DNA of 64,000 nucleotides, from positions 736,001-800,000 of the forward strand of contig CAVYXA010000001.1 of the NCBI GenBank assembly GCA_963772365.1, read 5' to 3'. The notes under the pieces were generated by a model. It did no database searches, had not been told where the DNA came from, and worked only from the letters and a program-made list of their open reading frames with translations. Below, piece after piece: positions 21,360 through 32,101 of the stretch; position 1 is the first letter of the stretch; each line of letters starts with the position of its first letter. Made by a program: the position numbers and the translations under genes. This DNA comes from an uncultured Verrucomicrobiae bacterium. GTDB lineage: Bacteria; Verrucomicrobiota; Verrucomicrobiia; Chthoniobacterales; UBA10450.

Positions 21360-22460
21360 CTATCCTAATTTGACGAAATATTTCCCTGGTAACTGCTTGA
21401 CCAGCCGCTTTAACTCCAGCCCCAGCAACGTCGATGATACAGACGCGCTGGGCAGCGCAGTCTTGGCCGCGATTGCGTCGATCGCTGTCTCCGAAGCATC
21501 AATCGCGTCGTAAACGAGACGTTCTTCAGCCGAAAGCTGCGGCAACGGTCGGGCAGCGGCTTGCGGTGCCGGTTTCGCCTCTGGCAGGAGAATTTGCAAA
21601 TCGTCGAGAATATCGCTCGCGTCCATCACCAGTTTTGCTCCTTGTTGAATGAGCCGGTTTGAGCCCATCGCGCTTGGCGCATTGATGTGCCCCGGAACGG
21701 CATAGACGAGTCGGCCCTGTTCCAGCGCCTGCGCCGCCGTAATAAGCGCGCCACTGTTTAATCCTGCTTCCACTACAAGAATTCCATGGCTCCAACCGGA
21801 AATGATCCGGTTACGCATCGGGAATGTTTGCCGATCCGGTTCGATTTCCATCGAGAATTCCGAAACTACTGCTCCGTTGGCGCTTCGGATTTTTTCCGCG
21901 AGCGCGCGATTCTCCGGTGGATAAAGCTTCGATAAGCCCGATCCGATCACCGCGATCGTGCGGCCTTTGGCCGCGAGCGCACCCTGATGAGCGGCGGTGT
22001 CGATTCCACGCGCCAGCCCGCTCACGATTGTCAATCCAGCGTAAGCAAGCTGGTAAGCGAGCTTCTTGGCCGATTCCGTGCCGTAATGGGTCGTGTGTCG
22101 CGATCCAATTATTCCGATGGCATGATTGTCGCGCGCCTCCAGTTCTCCCCACACATACAGAACGATCGGCGGCGCGTGAATTTCCCGAAGCGGTTTTGGA
22201 TACGATGGCGACGCCTGAGTGATAACCGTCGCGCCAAACTCTCTGATACGCTTCAGTTCTGCCGGAAGATCAACAGTCGATTCCCAATTCGATATTTGAT
22301 CGGCGACTTCATTGCCGATTCCTTCGACCTTGCGGAGCTCGCTTCGTTTTGCCGCCAGCGCTAACTGCGGCTCCTTGAAAACCTCGAGCAACTTGCGCAA
22401 CCGGACCGGCCCAATTGTCGGAAGCATATTGAGCGCGACACACGCTTCTGTCGAGGTCAT
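21360..22460 (-). CDS. dprA: DNA-processing protein DprA
   Basis: VSGLARGIDTAAH, FPMRNRIISG, VVEA..SGALITA and a C-terminal winged helix. Confidence 0.97.
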   Translation of the reverse strand: MTSTEACVALNMLPTIGPVRLRKLLEVFKEPQLALAAKRSELRKVEGIGNEVADQISNWESTVDLPAELKRIREFGATVITQASPSYPKPLREIHAPPIVLYVWGELEARDNHAIGIIGSRHTTHYGTESAKKLAYQLAYAGLTIVSGLARGIDTAAHQGALAAKGRTIAVIGSGLSKLYPPENRALAEKIRSANGAVVSEFSMEIEPDRQTFPMRNRIISGWSHGILVVEAGLNSGALITAAQALEQGRLVYAVPGHINAPSAMGSNRLIQQGAKLVMDASDILDDLQILLPEAKPAPQAAARPLPQLSAEERLVYDAIDASETAIDAIAAKTALPSASVSSTLLGLELKRLVKQLPGKYFVKLG

Positions 22461-22527
22461 CGCACTGCTTTAAGTTCTAGAGGCGCTTGTGCCAAGCGCC
22501 TTCTCTCGCTTCGCCCGCGCCGACAGA

Positions 22528-22980
22528 TCAGAACGGAATCTCGTCCTCGTCCGGCTGGGCTGAGGCCGCTGGTTTCGGCGGCGCTGCCGGCCGACCCGAT
22601 TGTCGATCTTCGTCGCTTGCATCAGTAGTGGCTCCGGAACCACCCGGACGGCTGCCCAACAATTGTAGCGCCTCTCCGATCACCTTGAGCTTGGAACGCT
22701 TTTGCCCAGTTTGCTTATCGTCCCAGGAATCGAGTTGAAGCCGGCCTTCAATGAAAACCGGCCGACCCTTTTTCAAATATTCGCCCGCGATCTCGGCCAG
22801 ACGAGACCAGAGCACGACATCGACATATGTGACCTCCTCGCGCTTCTCTCCGCCTTCCGTCGTATAGACGCGGTTTACGGCAAGACCGAGATCACACACT
22901 GCGCTGCCTTTTGGCGTATAGCGTACCTCTGGATCCCGGGTAAGGTTTCCAAGCAAAATGACTCTGTTGAAGCTGGCCAT
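22528..22980 (-). CDS. ssb: Single-stranded DNA-binding protein
   Basis: NRVILLGNLTRDPE; C-terminal DEIPF. Confidence 0.98.
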   Translation of the reverse strand: MASFNRVILLGNLTRDPEVRYTPKGSAVCDLGLAVNRVYTTEGGEKREEVTYVDVVLWSRLAEIAGEYLKKGRPVFIEGRLQLDSWDDKQTGQKRSKLKVIGEALQLLGSRPGGSGATTDASDEDRQSGRPAAPPKPAASAQPDEDEIPF

Positions 22981-22998
22981 GCCCTGGTTATACCGGGC

Positions 22999-23346
22999 CT
23001 ACTTCGTCTTGGCCATCTTTTTCGCCGAACGTTTTTCGGACTCTTTTTTCTCCTTCTTTTCCGGTAACCGCACGTAGTTCTGACGATACACCTCGGGATC
23101 GAGCTTGAATTTTGCGCGAAATTTCGAAATGAGATCGGATTCGGCACGAAACAGAAAGTTCACGTAGTAACCGGAATCCAGCGCGCCCGCCTGGTAGGAG
23201 AACTGACGCTTGTCCATTTTCTGCACCTGCTCGATCTCGGCACCCTCTTTTTTGAACTCGGATTCGAGCCTCTCGATGATATCTCTAACGGTATCCTCCG
23301 TGCCCTGGGCATTAAGCACCAGCAATGCTTCGTAACGATTCTTCAT
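22999..23346 (-). CDS. rpsF: 30S ribosomal protein S6
   Basis: RYEALLVL, KRQFSY and GYYV; lies between pth and ssb. Confidence 0.93.
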   Translation of the reverse strand: MKNRYEALLVLNAQGTEDTVRDIIERLESEFKKEGAEIEQVQKMDKRQFSYQAGALDSGYYVNFLFRAESDLISKFRAKFKLDPEVYRQNYVRLPEKKEKKESEKRSAKKMAKTK

Positions 23347-23352
23347 GTGTCT

Positions 23353-23928
23353 TCAGGTTTGTTCCCTCCGAACGCTTTCGGAGTTGAAAATGTTCATCGC
23401 GGAAACAACGCCTTTGTCAATCGCGCATTTCACCACCTCCACAGCTCGATCGATTGTCGATCCTAGTATCGGCTTCTCTTCCTCGAAAAATCTGCCCAGA
23501 ACATAATCGACCGACCCTTCCGAGGGCGCCTGACCAATCCCGATGCGCAGCCGAGGAATCTCCTCCGTACCGAACTGCATAATGATGGAATCGAGGCCGT
23601 TATGTCCGCCCGATCCACCACTCAATCGCAAGCGAAGCCGGCCTAACGGCAGAGCGAAATCGTCGAGGACGATCAGAATTTCGCTGGGAGCGACCTTGTA
23701 GAATTGAGCGATCGCAAGAAGCGGATATCCGCTGTGATTCATAAAACTCATTGGTTTAACCAAAAGCACATCGCCCCATTTTATCGAAAGCGCTTCCCAC
23801 TTCGCCGATTTTTCCCATGTCGATCCAACCAGAGCGGCCAACCGATCGATCACCATGAATCCGATATTGTGACGGCTGGCTGCGTATTCAGCCCCGGGAT
23901 TTCCCAGACCGGCGACGAGACGAATCAT
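23353..23928 (-). CDS. pth: Peptidyl-tRNA hydrolase
   Basis: GLGNPG, SRHNIGF, GGHNGL and RLRIGIG. Confidence 0.97.
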   Translation of the reverse strand: MIRLVAGLGNPGAEYAASRHNIGFMVIDRLAALVGSTWEKSAKWEALSIKWGDVLLVKPMSFMNHSGYPLLAIAQFYKVAPSEILIVLDDFALPLGRLRLRLSGGSGGHNGLDSIIMQFGTEEIPRLRIGIGQAPSEGSVDYVLGRFFEEEKPILGSTIDRAVEVVKCAIDKGVVSAMNIFNSESVRREQT

Positions 23929-24042
23929 GGTGGATCGGCTTCTTCGAAGACGATGTTATGATAATCGCCGAAGGCGCACGCTATGGCGGCAAAGCCGCAT
24001 TGTTGCCAAGGCGTTGAGGAGTCGCCGCGGCGACCGTTCCAC

Positions 24043-24747
24043 CTACTTTTTCTCTTTCTCCTTCGGAGCAGCTTTCTCTTTTCCAGTCGGGCCAGCCTCC
24101 GCTTCGCCTTCGGGCTTTTTCTCCGTAATGACTTCCGGGCCAGCTGCGGCTTCAGCGGCCACAGGTACCGCTTCCTCTTCCACTGCAGGCGCCAGTACAG
24201 ATAACGCCGTGAGATCAGGCGGGACTCTTGCCGTAACCCCGGAGGGCAATTGAATGTCACGGACGTGAATGGAATCGCCGATATTCATCGCCGAAACATC
24301 GACAATGACCCGGTCGGGCAAATCGCTGGGCAAACATTCCACGGGTAACGAGCGGAGACTTTGCTCGAGCAATCCGCCGAAATTCTTGACGCCATTTGCA
24401 ACACCGATGGTTTCCAACGGCACTTCGGCGTGGATTTTTTCATCCATCGATATGGCGTGAAAATCGACGTGCAGAATGTCGCCGCCTACAGGCGAATGCT
24501 GCACTTCCTGAACCAGGGCCATCCGATTGGATTTCTCACCATCGATCTCGAGTTCCACCAAAAAATTCTCGCCCGAAGCGTGGCTCAACATTGCATTGAT
24601 GTCACGGGCCGAAACCTGAAGTGGCTGAGGCTTATCTTTCGCGCCGTAAATGACCGCCGGCACGATGCCGCGCCCTTTCAATTTGCGAGCCGCAGACCGG
24701 CCCGTGTCGCTCCGCCGCTCAGCCTTGAGTTTAACTTGTTTTGCCAT
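24043..24747 (-). CDS. rplY: 50S ribosomal protein L25/Ctc
   Basis: VPAVIYG, ILHVDF and IGDSIHVRDI. Confidence 0.96.
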   Translation of the reverse strand: MAKQVKLKAERRSDTGRSAARKLKGRGIVPAVIYGAKDKPQPLQVSARDINAMLSHASGENFLVELEIDGEKSNRMALVQEVQHSPVGGDILHVDFHAISMDEKIHAEVPLETIGVANGVKNFGGLLEQSLRSLPVECLPSDLPDRVIVDVSAMNIGDSIHVRDIQLPSGVTARVPPDLTALSVLAPAVEEEAVPVAAEAAAGPEVITEKKPEGEAEAGPTGKEKAAPKEKEKK

Positions 24748-25711
24748 CTTGCTTTGCTCCGTTGTCGATCTTGAACAGCGACGATACGGATTCGTCATTG
24801 TGAATCCGCTTGATCCCCTCGCCCAGAAGCTCGGAGACGCAAAGCACCGTGACTTTAAAGTTTTCCACGGTGCGCACCGGCGTGCTGTTGGTCGTTATTA
24901 ATTCCGCGATTTCGGATTTTTGCAACCGGGTAATTGCGACATCCACCAGCACGGCGTGGGCGACTCCGGCGTAAACATCCAGTGCGCCGTTCTTCTTCAA
25001 CAGAGCTGCCGCAGAACTCAGCGTGCCTGCGGTCTCAGTGAGATCATCTACCAAAAGCACATCGTGATCGCTCACGTCACCAATGAGATAAAGCGCTTCC
25101 GTCTCAGTCGGACTTTTTCGTTCCTTGGCCACAATGGCCAGATTTGCCCCAAGCGCGTCGGCATAGGCTGAAGCCATTTTCAGCCCACCGATGTCGGGCG
25201 AAACCACGACCATTTTCCCGGTCAATCGTTTTCGAAGATATTTGATCAAAACGGGGAGCGAATAGAGGTGATCGACCGGGATATCGAAAAAGCCCTGCAC
25301 CTGTTGCGCATGCAAATCCATCGTTAGCACTCGATCCACGCCCGAAGCGCGGAGAAGGTTCGCGACCAATTTTGCCGTAATAGGTACCCGTGGTTGATCT
25401 TTCCGATCCTGGCGCGCATAACCAAAAAAAGGAATTACAGCGGTGATTCTATCGGCGCTTGCCCGTCGGGCTGCATCCACCATAATCAGTAGTTCCATCA
25501 GGTTCTGATTAGTAGGCGGACACGTGGGCTGGATGATAAAGACGTCGTGCCCGCGAATGTTTTCCTCGATCCGGACGTATGTCTCTCCGTCTGGAAAAGA
25601 TTTAACCGTCGCCTGCCCCAGCGGCACGCCGATATATTTGCAGATGCGCTCGGCTAAGTCGCGGTTGGCCGAACCGCTGAAAATCTTCATCTCGGGCTGG
25701 CGAGCAAACAT
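24731..25711 (-). CDS. prs: Ribose-phosphate pyrophosphokinase
   Basis: FPDGE, YARQDRK, DLHAQQ, SPDIGG and VDDLTETAGT. Confidence 0.97.
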   Translation of the reverse strand: MFARQPEMKIFSGSANRDLAERICKYIGVPLGQATVKSFPDGETYVRIEENIRGHDVFIIQPTCPPTNQNLMELLIMVDAARRASADRITAVIPFFGYARQDRKDQPRVPITAKLVANLLRASGVDRVLTMDLHAQQVQGFFDIPVDHLYSLPVLIKYLRKRLTGKMVVVSPDIGGLKMASAYADALGANLAIVAKERKSPTETEALYLIGDVSDHDVLLVDDLTETAGTLSSAAALLKKNGALDVYAGVAHAVLVDVAITRLQKSEIAELITTNSTPVRTVENFKVTVLCVSELLGEGIKRIHNDESVSSLFKIDNGAKQDGKTS

Positions 25712-25869
25712 GGCGGAGAGGGAGCTTTGCGTCCGGCGCCGAATTTGGCAACAGCAATCAGTGTGGTGTGACTTACTGAGCCCAATCCTCCTCGGAACGG
25801 GGCTCGGTCGTTTCCATAATAACTATAATTATAAGGTATAATTTCTGCTTCTATTTTGCTTCTAGTTCA

Positions 25870-26406
25870 ATGTTTCTAAGTCGGTCCCCACTTACTGCTC
25901 ACTCGCCGGTCCTTGGAAGGATCCGCCTTGGCGGACGATGCCTTAGAGAGCGGGCGGTAACGATCGTGGAAGTTGCTGTTGGCACGGCCCTCCTCGGGCT
26001 CGTCTCTGCCAGCGCGCTCGCAACGCTGATGATTCTCAACAAAAATTCCGTCAGCACACGGCTTATGACCAATGTACGCGAGGTGGTGCAGCGCAACATC
26101 GAGACGGCAATAGGTGTGCCGTTCAGCTCTGGAAATGCGCCGCCAATTTTGGCTATCACCTCGGCAAACGGAACAACCTGGGACGATGGGACAGGAAATC
26201 CTGTTCCGATCTACAAAAGCCGCGATTGGGACGACACGACTAACGCTGGCACGCTAAAGCTCACCGGAACGCTCACTCGAATCGTCACTGCTGAGCCAAA
26301 TACTCCCGGCGCAGATATTCGGCGAGTGACGTTTCGTGTCGATTATTTGCTCTATGGACGAGCGCTGAGTTATCAACTGACAACCATTCGGGCAATGGAC
26401 AAGTGA
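25870..26406 (+). CDS. Prepilin-like (PilV/GspI-type) protein
   Basis: RA|VTIVEVAV followed by a hydrophobic helix with Glu at +5. Confidence 0.7.
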   Translation: MFLSRSPLTAHSPVLGRIRLGGRCLRERAVTIVEVAVGTALLGLVSASALATLMILNKNSVSTRLMTNVREVVQRNIETAIGVPFSSGNAPPILAITSANGTTWDDGTGNPVPIYKSRDWDDTTNAGTLKLTGTLTRIVTAEPNTPGADIRRVTFRVDYLLYGRALSYQLTTIRAMDK

Positions 26407-27329
26407 AAAGGCACCCCAACCGAGCAAGAGTCCAGGCCGGATTTACGATGGCTGAATTAATGGTCGGCCTCGCCGCCTTCACAATCGCCGGCAGTATTGC
26501 CTATTCGATCCTCCTGAACTCGAGCTTCCTTTTTGCCAAAAACATTTCGGTAAATTCTTCCAATACAATCCTGCGGACGGCTCTCGATCGACTGACCGAA
26601 GAAATGAACCAAGGTTATGGTATCCCGAAGCTGATCAATTCTGACGGAACATCCGTAGCGTCCAGTGGACCCGCTCCCGGAATAACTTTTGATGATTACG
26701 TGGGGGGACCATACGTGGTGACGAACACCTTGGGCGGCACTGGAATACCGTCGAATGCAACGAGTTTTTTACTGAAGACGTGGGTTGATCCCTTTCCATT
26801 TCCACCCGCCCCTGTTTCCGATGACGCTGTTTGCATCGAAACTAGCATCGGCACGGTTAGGTTACGCGTTGCAAGTTGCAATTCGAGCCCCAACCCAGCA
26901 CCTAGCCCCCCGCCTGCTCCTTACACACGAATATCCACCGTCACTCTACCGTCCCCGATCGGAGGCGGCGGGATTGCATGGAGCGCTGGTACGGTTTTAA
27001 CCGGCTTTGTAGTTCACAAGAAAGCGCTTATCCTGGCAACCATTAACGGCGGCACCGAACTGCGTTTGTACGACGATGCCGAAGGTCTTGCCACAGCGTC
27101 AGATTACAGCAACGCCGCGAACTACGTCATCCTTACACGCAGCCTAAGCGGAACGAGCGGCGAAAACCAACCCTTTTCGCTCACGACTCAAAGTGGGCAT
27201 CAGTTTCTCAGTATCGCGCTGCGGGGGGAACATCAGCAGTACAACAGAGTCCTTTCGAACAAGCAGAAGGGTGAATTCAACACGTTCCTGCGAGTCGACA
27301 CCATGTCTTATCCAAGAAACGCCTACTAA
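26403..27329 (+). CDS. Prepilin-like (PilW/GspJ-type) protein
   Basis: AG|FTMAELMVG N-methylation motif; start overlaps the upstream stop. Confidence 0.8.
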   Translation: MKRHPNRARVQAGFTMAELMVGLAAFTIAGSIAYSILLNSSFLFAKNISVNSSNTILRTALDRLTEEMNQGYGIPKLINSDGTSVASSGPAPGITFDDYVGGPYVVTNTLGGTGIPSNATSFLLKTWVDPFPFPPAPVSDDAVCIETSIGTVRLRVASCNSSPNPAPSPPPAPYTRISTVTLPSPIGGGGIAWSAGTVLTGFVVHKKALILATINGGTELRLYDDAEGLATASDYSNAANYVILTRSLSGTSGENQPFSLTTQSGHQFLSIALRGEHQQYNRVLSNKQKGEFNTFLRVDTMSYPRNAY

Positions 27330-27330
27330 C

Positions 27331-29211
27331 ATGAAAAAACTAAACACCCACCGCCAGAAGGCCTCAGCCCTTGTTGTTGCTCTGCTTGTTCTGTTCATCG
27401 TTGCCACATGCATCGGCACTGCCATCCAGGTTACGACTACAACAGTGAAACAAACAGAATCGAGTCGCGATTATTCCGCGCTACGAAGCGCGGCCGAAGG
27501 AGCGCTCGACTTCGCGTACGGGGTCTGGCTGAAGAATGTCAATCCCACCAGTTATAATTACGCCCCTGTTTCCAACAAGGCTCTCAACGACGCACTTGCG
27601 ACCGTGCCGTCGTTTAGCGGTTTTCAATACGACTCCAGCTCCGGATATACTGGTCCGCAAATCACCGGCATCGACCTCGGACAATATGGAAAGCCCTACG
27701 GTAACGCCAACGATACTCACACTCCGCCTTCCAGTACTATTTATCTCGATAAATATCCCGGATGGTTTGGCGTCCGTACAAGTTACCTGGCCAGCGTTCG
27801 CTTATTGGATTCAACAGCCCACAGCGGTCGAACGCCATCGTATAATGTCAAACGTGCAATGAGCTTCACCGTAATACCACTCTTTCAAGCGACTGCTTTT
27901 TTCGAAGACCGCTTAGAACTTTATAAAACAGCTCCAATGACCATCGATGGTCTGGTCCACACAAACGGGGAGGCGTACGTGAGCCAGGGAACTCCCGGTG
28001 GCTCGTTCAACAGTTCGCTCACATTCACGGGGAACCTCTCCTATGCTGGCGGCTACGTGGACGGTCAATGGGTAGATAGCAATGAGGTCACGCGAGATGC
28101 TCCGCCCGAAGCCTGGACATGGTCTGGTTACACAGCCAACAGCTCCTTTCCGCCGACTTATCCGACCGGATTTGATCAGCAAGTGAATCAAGTGAATCGA
28201 ATCGAGCCGCTTGGGCTGGACGCCACTACTGTTCTCGATCCAAACGACAACAACCCGAACAACGATTCCGCACGTGAGCTAATCGAACCACCAAACAGAT
28301 ACGTTCACTGGCCTGATCAGCGAATCCGATCCGACCAATCAGGAACGGATCCTCAGGCGATTGCTGATCGAAGAATTTACAGTAAGGCCGGGATTCTGGT
28401 CCAAATCAGTGGTTCCACCTATACGGTTACAGCAGCCAACGGTACAAGCTTTGGATCAACATCAGCTCAAAGAACGGCAACTATCAATGCGATTAAAAAC
28501 GGCCTTTCTCAGCAAACAATTTATGATCGAAGAGAAGGTAAAAGCGTTACGCTTACTTCACTCGACGTCGGAAGAGTAAACACAACCTTGAACGAGGTCA
28601 CTCACAACAGCACGTATGGTTACCTTTCCGGTTTCAATCAGATTCTTTACGTCTACGATGAAGGTTCCAGTGGCGCGGTGCCGCGAGCAGTCCGCCTGAC
28701 AAACGGATCGACGCTTCCTTCTTCTGGGCTAACGGTGGGCAGCGAAAACCCGGTTTATATTCAGGGAAATTATAACACGTCTGGGTCACGGGTTCCCTCG
28801 GCGGTGTTCGCCGACGCAGTGACTATTCTTTCCAACAATTGGAACGACCTAAACTCCGCTGGGCCGCTTTCTTCCCGAAGGGCGAGCGATACGACTGTCA
28901 ACACTGCCATTGTCTGCGGAGAAGTTCCGTCTGGCTGGCAAAATCCAGCAACAAATGAGACATACGGATACTCCGGTGGATTAAATAATTTTCCGCGATT
29001 TCTCGAAGACTGGACTCGCAAGGATTTCAATTACACAGGGTCGATGATAGAGCTTTTTGCCAGCCAAATTGCCACTGGCGAATGGGACACGGGGGCAATC
29101 TATGTCCCGCCAAATCGAAATTGGAGTTTCGACTCGAATTTTATAACAAACCCGCCACCGGGCAGTCTTACTGCCATCTCAATCGGGCGTGGTGCCCTGG
29201 TTCGCTTCTAG
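27331..29211 (+). CDS. Large PilX/GspK-type minor pilin
   Basis: KA|SALVVALL, AAEGA, GLVHTNG, SENPVYIQGNYN, GGLNNFPRFLEDW and PPNRNWSFD. Confidence 0.75.
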   Translation: MKKLNTHRQKASALVVALLVLFIVATCIGTAIQVTTTTVKQTESSRDYSALRSAAEGALDFAYGVWLKNVNPTSYNYAPVSNKALNDALATVPSFSGFQYDSSSGYTGPQITGIDLGQYGKPYGNANDTHTPPSSTIYLDKYPGWFGVRTSYLASVRLLDSTAHSGRTPSYNVKRAMSFTVIPLFQATAFFEDRLELYKTAPMTIDGLVHTNGEAYVSQGTPGGSFNSSLTFTGNLSYAGGYVDGQWVDSNEVTRDAPPEAWTWSGYTANSSFPPTYPTGFDQQVNQVNRIEPLGLDATTVLDPNDNNPNNDSARELIEPPNRYVHWPDQRIRSDQSGTDPQAIADRRIYSKAGILVQISGSTYTVTAANGTSFGSTSAQRTATINAIKNGLSQQTIYDRREGKSVTLTSLDVGRVNTTLNEVTHNSTYGYLSGFNQILYVYDEGSSGAVPRAVRLTNGSTLPSSGLTVGSENPVYIQGNYNTSGSRVPSAVFADAVTILSNNWNDLNSAGPLSSRRASDTTVNTAIVCGEVPSGWQNPATNETYGYSGGLNNFPRFLEDWTRKDFNYTGSMIELFASQIATGEWDTGAIYVPPNRNWSFDSNFITNPPPGSLTAISIGRGALVRF

Positions 29212-29229
29212 ATTCCGGAAATCACAAAG

Positions 29230-29823
29230 ATGAAGAAATTCCTATCGGCTGGATTTTTACTTAGCACTCTTTCGACGAACGCTTACGCGCTCGACCTCAC
29301 TCCCAGGGAAATCCCGGCGGCCCACGACGGCCCTCCCGTAAAACGCTATTTCTTTCAGGATAGAGATAAGCGTGTGGTTTTCCGAGTCGACACAAACATG
29401 AGCGTCAGCGGAGAAAACAACATGGCGATGTTCCAATTTCGCGATTTGCCAGGCGCCGAGATGAAACTCATTCCATCGCCGAGACACCCGGACTTGCCGT
29501 TCGATGAAAAAGGTCTCGATGATTATCGTGCGGTCGCCCGTGGATTGGTCCCGGCAAACGCAACTCAGGTAGAATTCATCGAAGAGCGAGCCGAGGCAAT
29601 TCCTATCAACGGTTGGACGAGTTACGAGTTCGTCTTCATCTATAATCGGGCGGGCTCCCCTTGCCGCCACAGCATCACGTTCCTGAACTACACTGACAAG
29701 CAGCAGATTCTCGTGCAAGTGAGTGCTCATGGCGAAGATTTCGATAAGGCTTACGCCCGGGGTTATCACGTCCTCAATTCGCTGTCCGAGATGCAGTCAG
29801 CTGGCGCGGATGGTCCGACTTAA
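29230..29823 (+). CDS. Secreted hypothetical protein
   Basis: Signal peptide ending AYA; co-oriented with the pilin cluster. Confidence 0.75.
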   Translation: MKKFLSAGFLLSTLSTNAYALDLTPREIPAAHDGPPVKRYFFQDRDKRVVFRVDTNMSVSGENNMAMFQFRDLPGAEMKLIPSPRHPDLPFDEKGLDDYRAVARGLVPANATQVEFIEERAEAIPINGWTSYEFVFIYNRAGSPCRHSITFLNYTDKQQILVQVSAHGEDFDKAYARGYHVLNSLSEMQSAGADGPT

Positions 29824-30007
29824 TCGGCGTTCCCGGCATCGCCAGCAGGCCATTCTGAAGCCTCAATCGTTCGGCCTGTGAGTTGTTGACAGCAAAATAG
29901 ATCAAAGTCATCAACCAAACTTTCCGATCGCATGATCTACAGTCAGGCGATTGGTTTGTTGCCAACGGCCGAACTTCCGGCAAAATTACTCCAGCCGCAT
30001 CGAACCC

Positions 30008-30955
30008 ATGAGCACGACCGACGTTATTCCAATTGAGCGTCCCACGACTAACTCGAAAATTTTCGCTCACTCGCGCTGGGATGTTCTACCCGCGGCGGCT
30101 GGGCTGTTCCATCTAGCGTATTTTATCGGTCTCTTCCTTCTCTATCCGCACGCGCCGCTCTGGCTAATGCTGATTCTGGGGTTCTTTTATTCCTTGATGG
30201 TCAATGCCAACATCAATGGAGTCGGGCACAACTTTATCCACAACCCGTTTTTCCGGTCGAAGTTTTTGAACCGATTTTTCGGCGTCACGCAATCGATCGC
30301 CTGCTGTTTCTCGCAAACAATGTACGACGCGGTTCACATGCAGCACCACAAAGGGAATTCAGATCTAAAGGATGAGAAAGGCGATACCATCGATTGGTTG
30401 TCGATCTACCGCCACGGCCACGAGGGCGAAGCAGAAAATCCGTGGCGCTACGTGTTTCTGAGTTTCTTTCGCGACGATGTCGGTGCCATTCGCAAGGAGT
30501 TGCGCAAACGTAACAACGGTGATGTCACCTGGGGAAATCTCGAGCTGGCGGCGTTCGCAGTCACGCTCTTTGTCATGTTCCTCTTCAACTGGCGTTACGT
30601 GATTTTCTTTTTCCTGCCGTTTTGGTATCTCGGTCACTGCTTCAGTTACTTGAATGGTTATTACCGGCATTACGGCGCTAATCCCGATAAACCTATTGCG
30701 TGGGGCGTGAGCAGTTACGGCAAAATTTATAACTGGCTGTTTTTCTATAATGGCTATCACGCCGAACATCATTTCCGGCCCAAAGTTCACTGGACTAAAA
30801 TGGAAAAGTTCCATCACAGCATTGTCGATCTTCAGAGGCGGGAAGGCGTTCGCACCATTCGCCGCGCGCATATGCTCGGCTTTTTGGATCCCAATCTACC
30901 CAAGCGCGGGCCTCGAGCATCCGCGATGGAAAACGCTGCGCCGTCAGCGCCTTAA
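30008..30955 (+). CDS. Fatty-acid desaturase family protein
   Basis: His boxes HNFIH, HMQHH and YHAEHH. Confidence 0.9.
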   Translation: MSTTDVIPIERPTTNSKIFAHSRWDVLPAAAGLFHLAYFIGLFLLYPHAPLWLMLILGFFYSLMVNANINGVGHNFIHNPFFRSKFLNRFFGVTQSIACCFSQTMYDAVHMQHHKGNSDLKDEKGDTIDWLSIYRHGHEGEAENPWRYVFLSFFRDDVGAIRKELRKRNNGDVTWGNLELAAFAVTLFVMFLFNWRYVIFFFLPFWYLGHCFSYLNGYYRHYGANPDKPIAWGVSSYGKIYNWLFFYNGYHAEHHFRPKVHWTKMEKFHHSIVDLQRREGVRTIRRAHMLGFLDPNLPKRGPRASAMENAAPSAP

Positions 30956-30973
30956 TTGCCGATTCTGACGGTT

Positions 30974-31261
30974 CTAATTCTTGGCAAAACTGGTGCGCAG
31001 TTTGACTTTTTTCGCCTCGCAATCTTCCTGCAAACGGCGAATCTCAGCCGCGAGTTGCTTTTCCAGCGATTCCACCTCATCAAATTTGCCGGCGCTTTGC
31101 GCTTTAGCGACTTGATCCTTTAGGAAAACTTCGCGCTCAGCAATTTTCGCTTTGAAAGTCGAATCAGTCTCGGCCAGCTGTTTTTTCTGCTCGTCTGTGA
31201 GCGCGACGCTACGCGCCGATTTTTCCAGCCGCTCCATTGCCAATTCGTAAGCCGATTTCAT
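30974..31261 (-). CDS. Coiled-coil hypothetical protein
   Basis: MKSAYELAMERL start; charged helical sequence. Confidence 0.75.
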   Translation of the reverse strand: MKSAYELAMERLEKSARSVALTDEQKKQLAETDSTFKAKIAEREVFLKDQVAKAQSAGKFDEVESLEKQLAAEIRRLQEDCEAKKVKLRTSFAKN

Positions 31262-31318
31262 ATCGATTTTTGCTCCCGCTCTTGCTCTTGCTCCTGATCC
31301 AATCATGGTAAATGCGCG

Positions 31319-32101
31319 ATGGAAATCAAACTCATTAGCACCGATTTTGACGGCACTCTGGTTGATCGCACCGGCGGCCCGGTGCTGGATCGACAATGCA
31401 TGGAGTTCATTCGCGATCTGCAAAGGAACGGCGTGATGTGGACAATCAACACCGGGCGGTCCGTCGATTTGCTCGAATCCGGTCTGATCGATTTCGCCGT
31501 GCCGTCGCGCCCCGATTTCATTTTAACCAGCGAACGCGACGTTTTTCGGCCTTCCCAAAATGGTGGTGCCTGGGAAGCATTCGGCGATTGGAATGAACGT
31601 TGTGCCCGCGATCATCGCGAGTTGTTTTCCACTGCTCAATCGATCCTCGCCGAGGTCATCGATTTCGTGAACCAGAAAACTCAAGCCCGCGTGATTTACG
31701 AGCCGGAAGGACCTGCCGGACTCGTTGCCCAGAGCGAAGAGGAAATGGACCGCGTAACGCAGTTCATCGAAGAAGCTCGCCAGCACCATCCCAAGTTTCA
31801 TTACCAGCGAAACACCGTTTACCTGCGTTTTTGCCATGCCGATTATCACAAAGGCGCGGCCCTGGCCGAGCTGGCGCGCTTGATCGAGATCCCGCGAGAA
31901 AACATTTTCGCGGCGGGCGATCATCACAACGACATCTCGATGTTGGACGGAAGATTTGCCGGTATGCCCGCGTGTCCCAGTAATGCAATCTCCGAAGTCA
32001 AAGAGGCCGTCCAGTCAGCAGGCGGTTACGTGGCAGAGAAAAATCACGGCGCAGGCGTGCACGAAGCGCTGCTCTACTTTGTCTGTAGCGGCGGTCTATG
32101 A
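31319..32101 (+). CDS. Cof-type HAD hydrolase
   Basis: STDFDGTL, NTGR, HKG and AGDHHNDISML. Confidence 0.9.
   Translation: MEIKLISTDFDGTLVDRTGGPVLDRQCMEFIRDLQRNGVMWTINTGRSVDLLESGLIDFAVPSRPDFILTSERDVFRPSQNGGAWEAFGDWNERCARDHRELFSTAQSILAEVIDFVNQKTQARVIYEPEGPAGLVAQSEEEMDRVTQFIEEARQHHPKFHYQRNTVYLRFCHADYHKGAALAELARLIEIPRENIFAAGDHHNDISMLDGRFAGMPACPSNAISEVKEAVQSAGGYVAEKNHGAGVHEALLYFVCSGGL

Noticed and set aside
31270..31300. Short GCTCTT-type tandem (and ACGATGTA x2 near 39816)
   Set aside because: Too short, and seen only once each in this window, so no function can be assigned.
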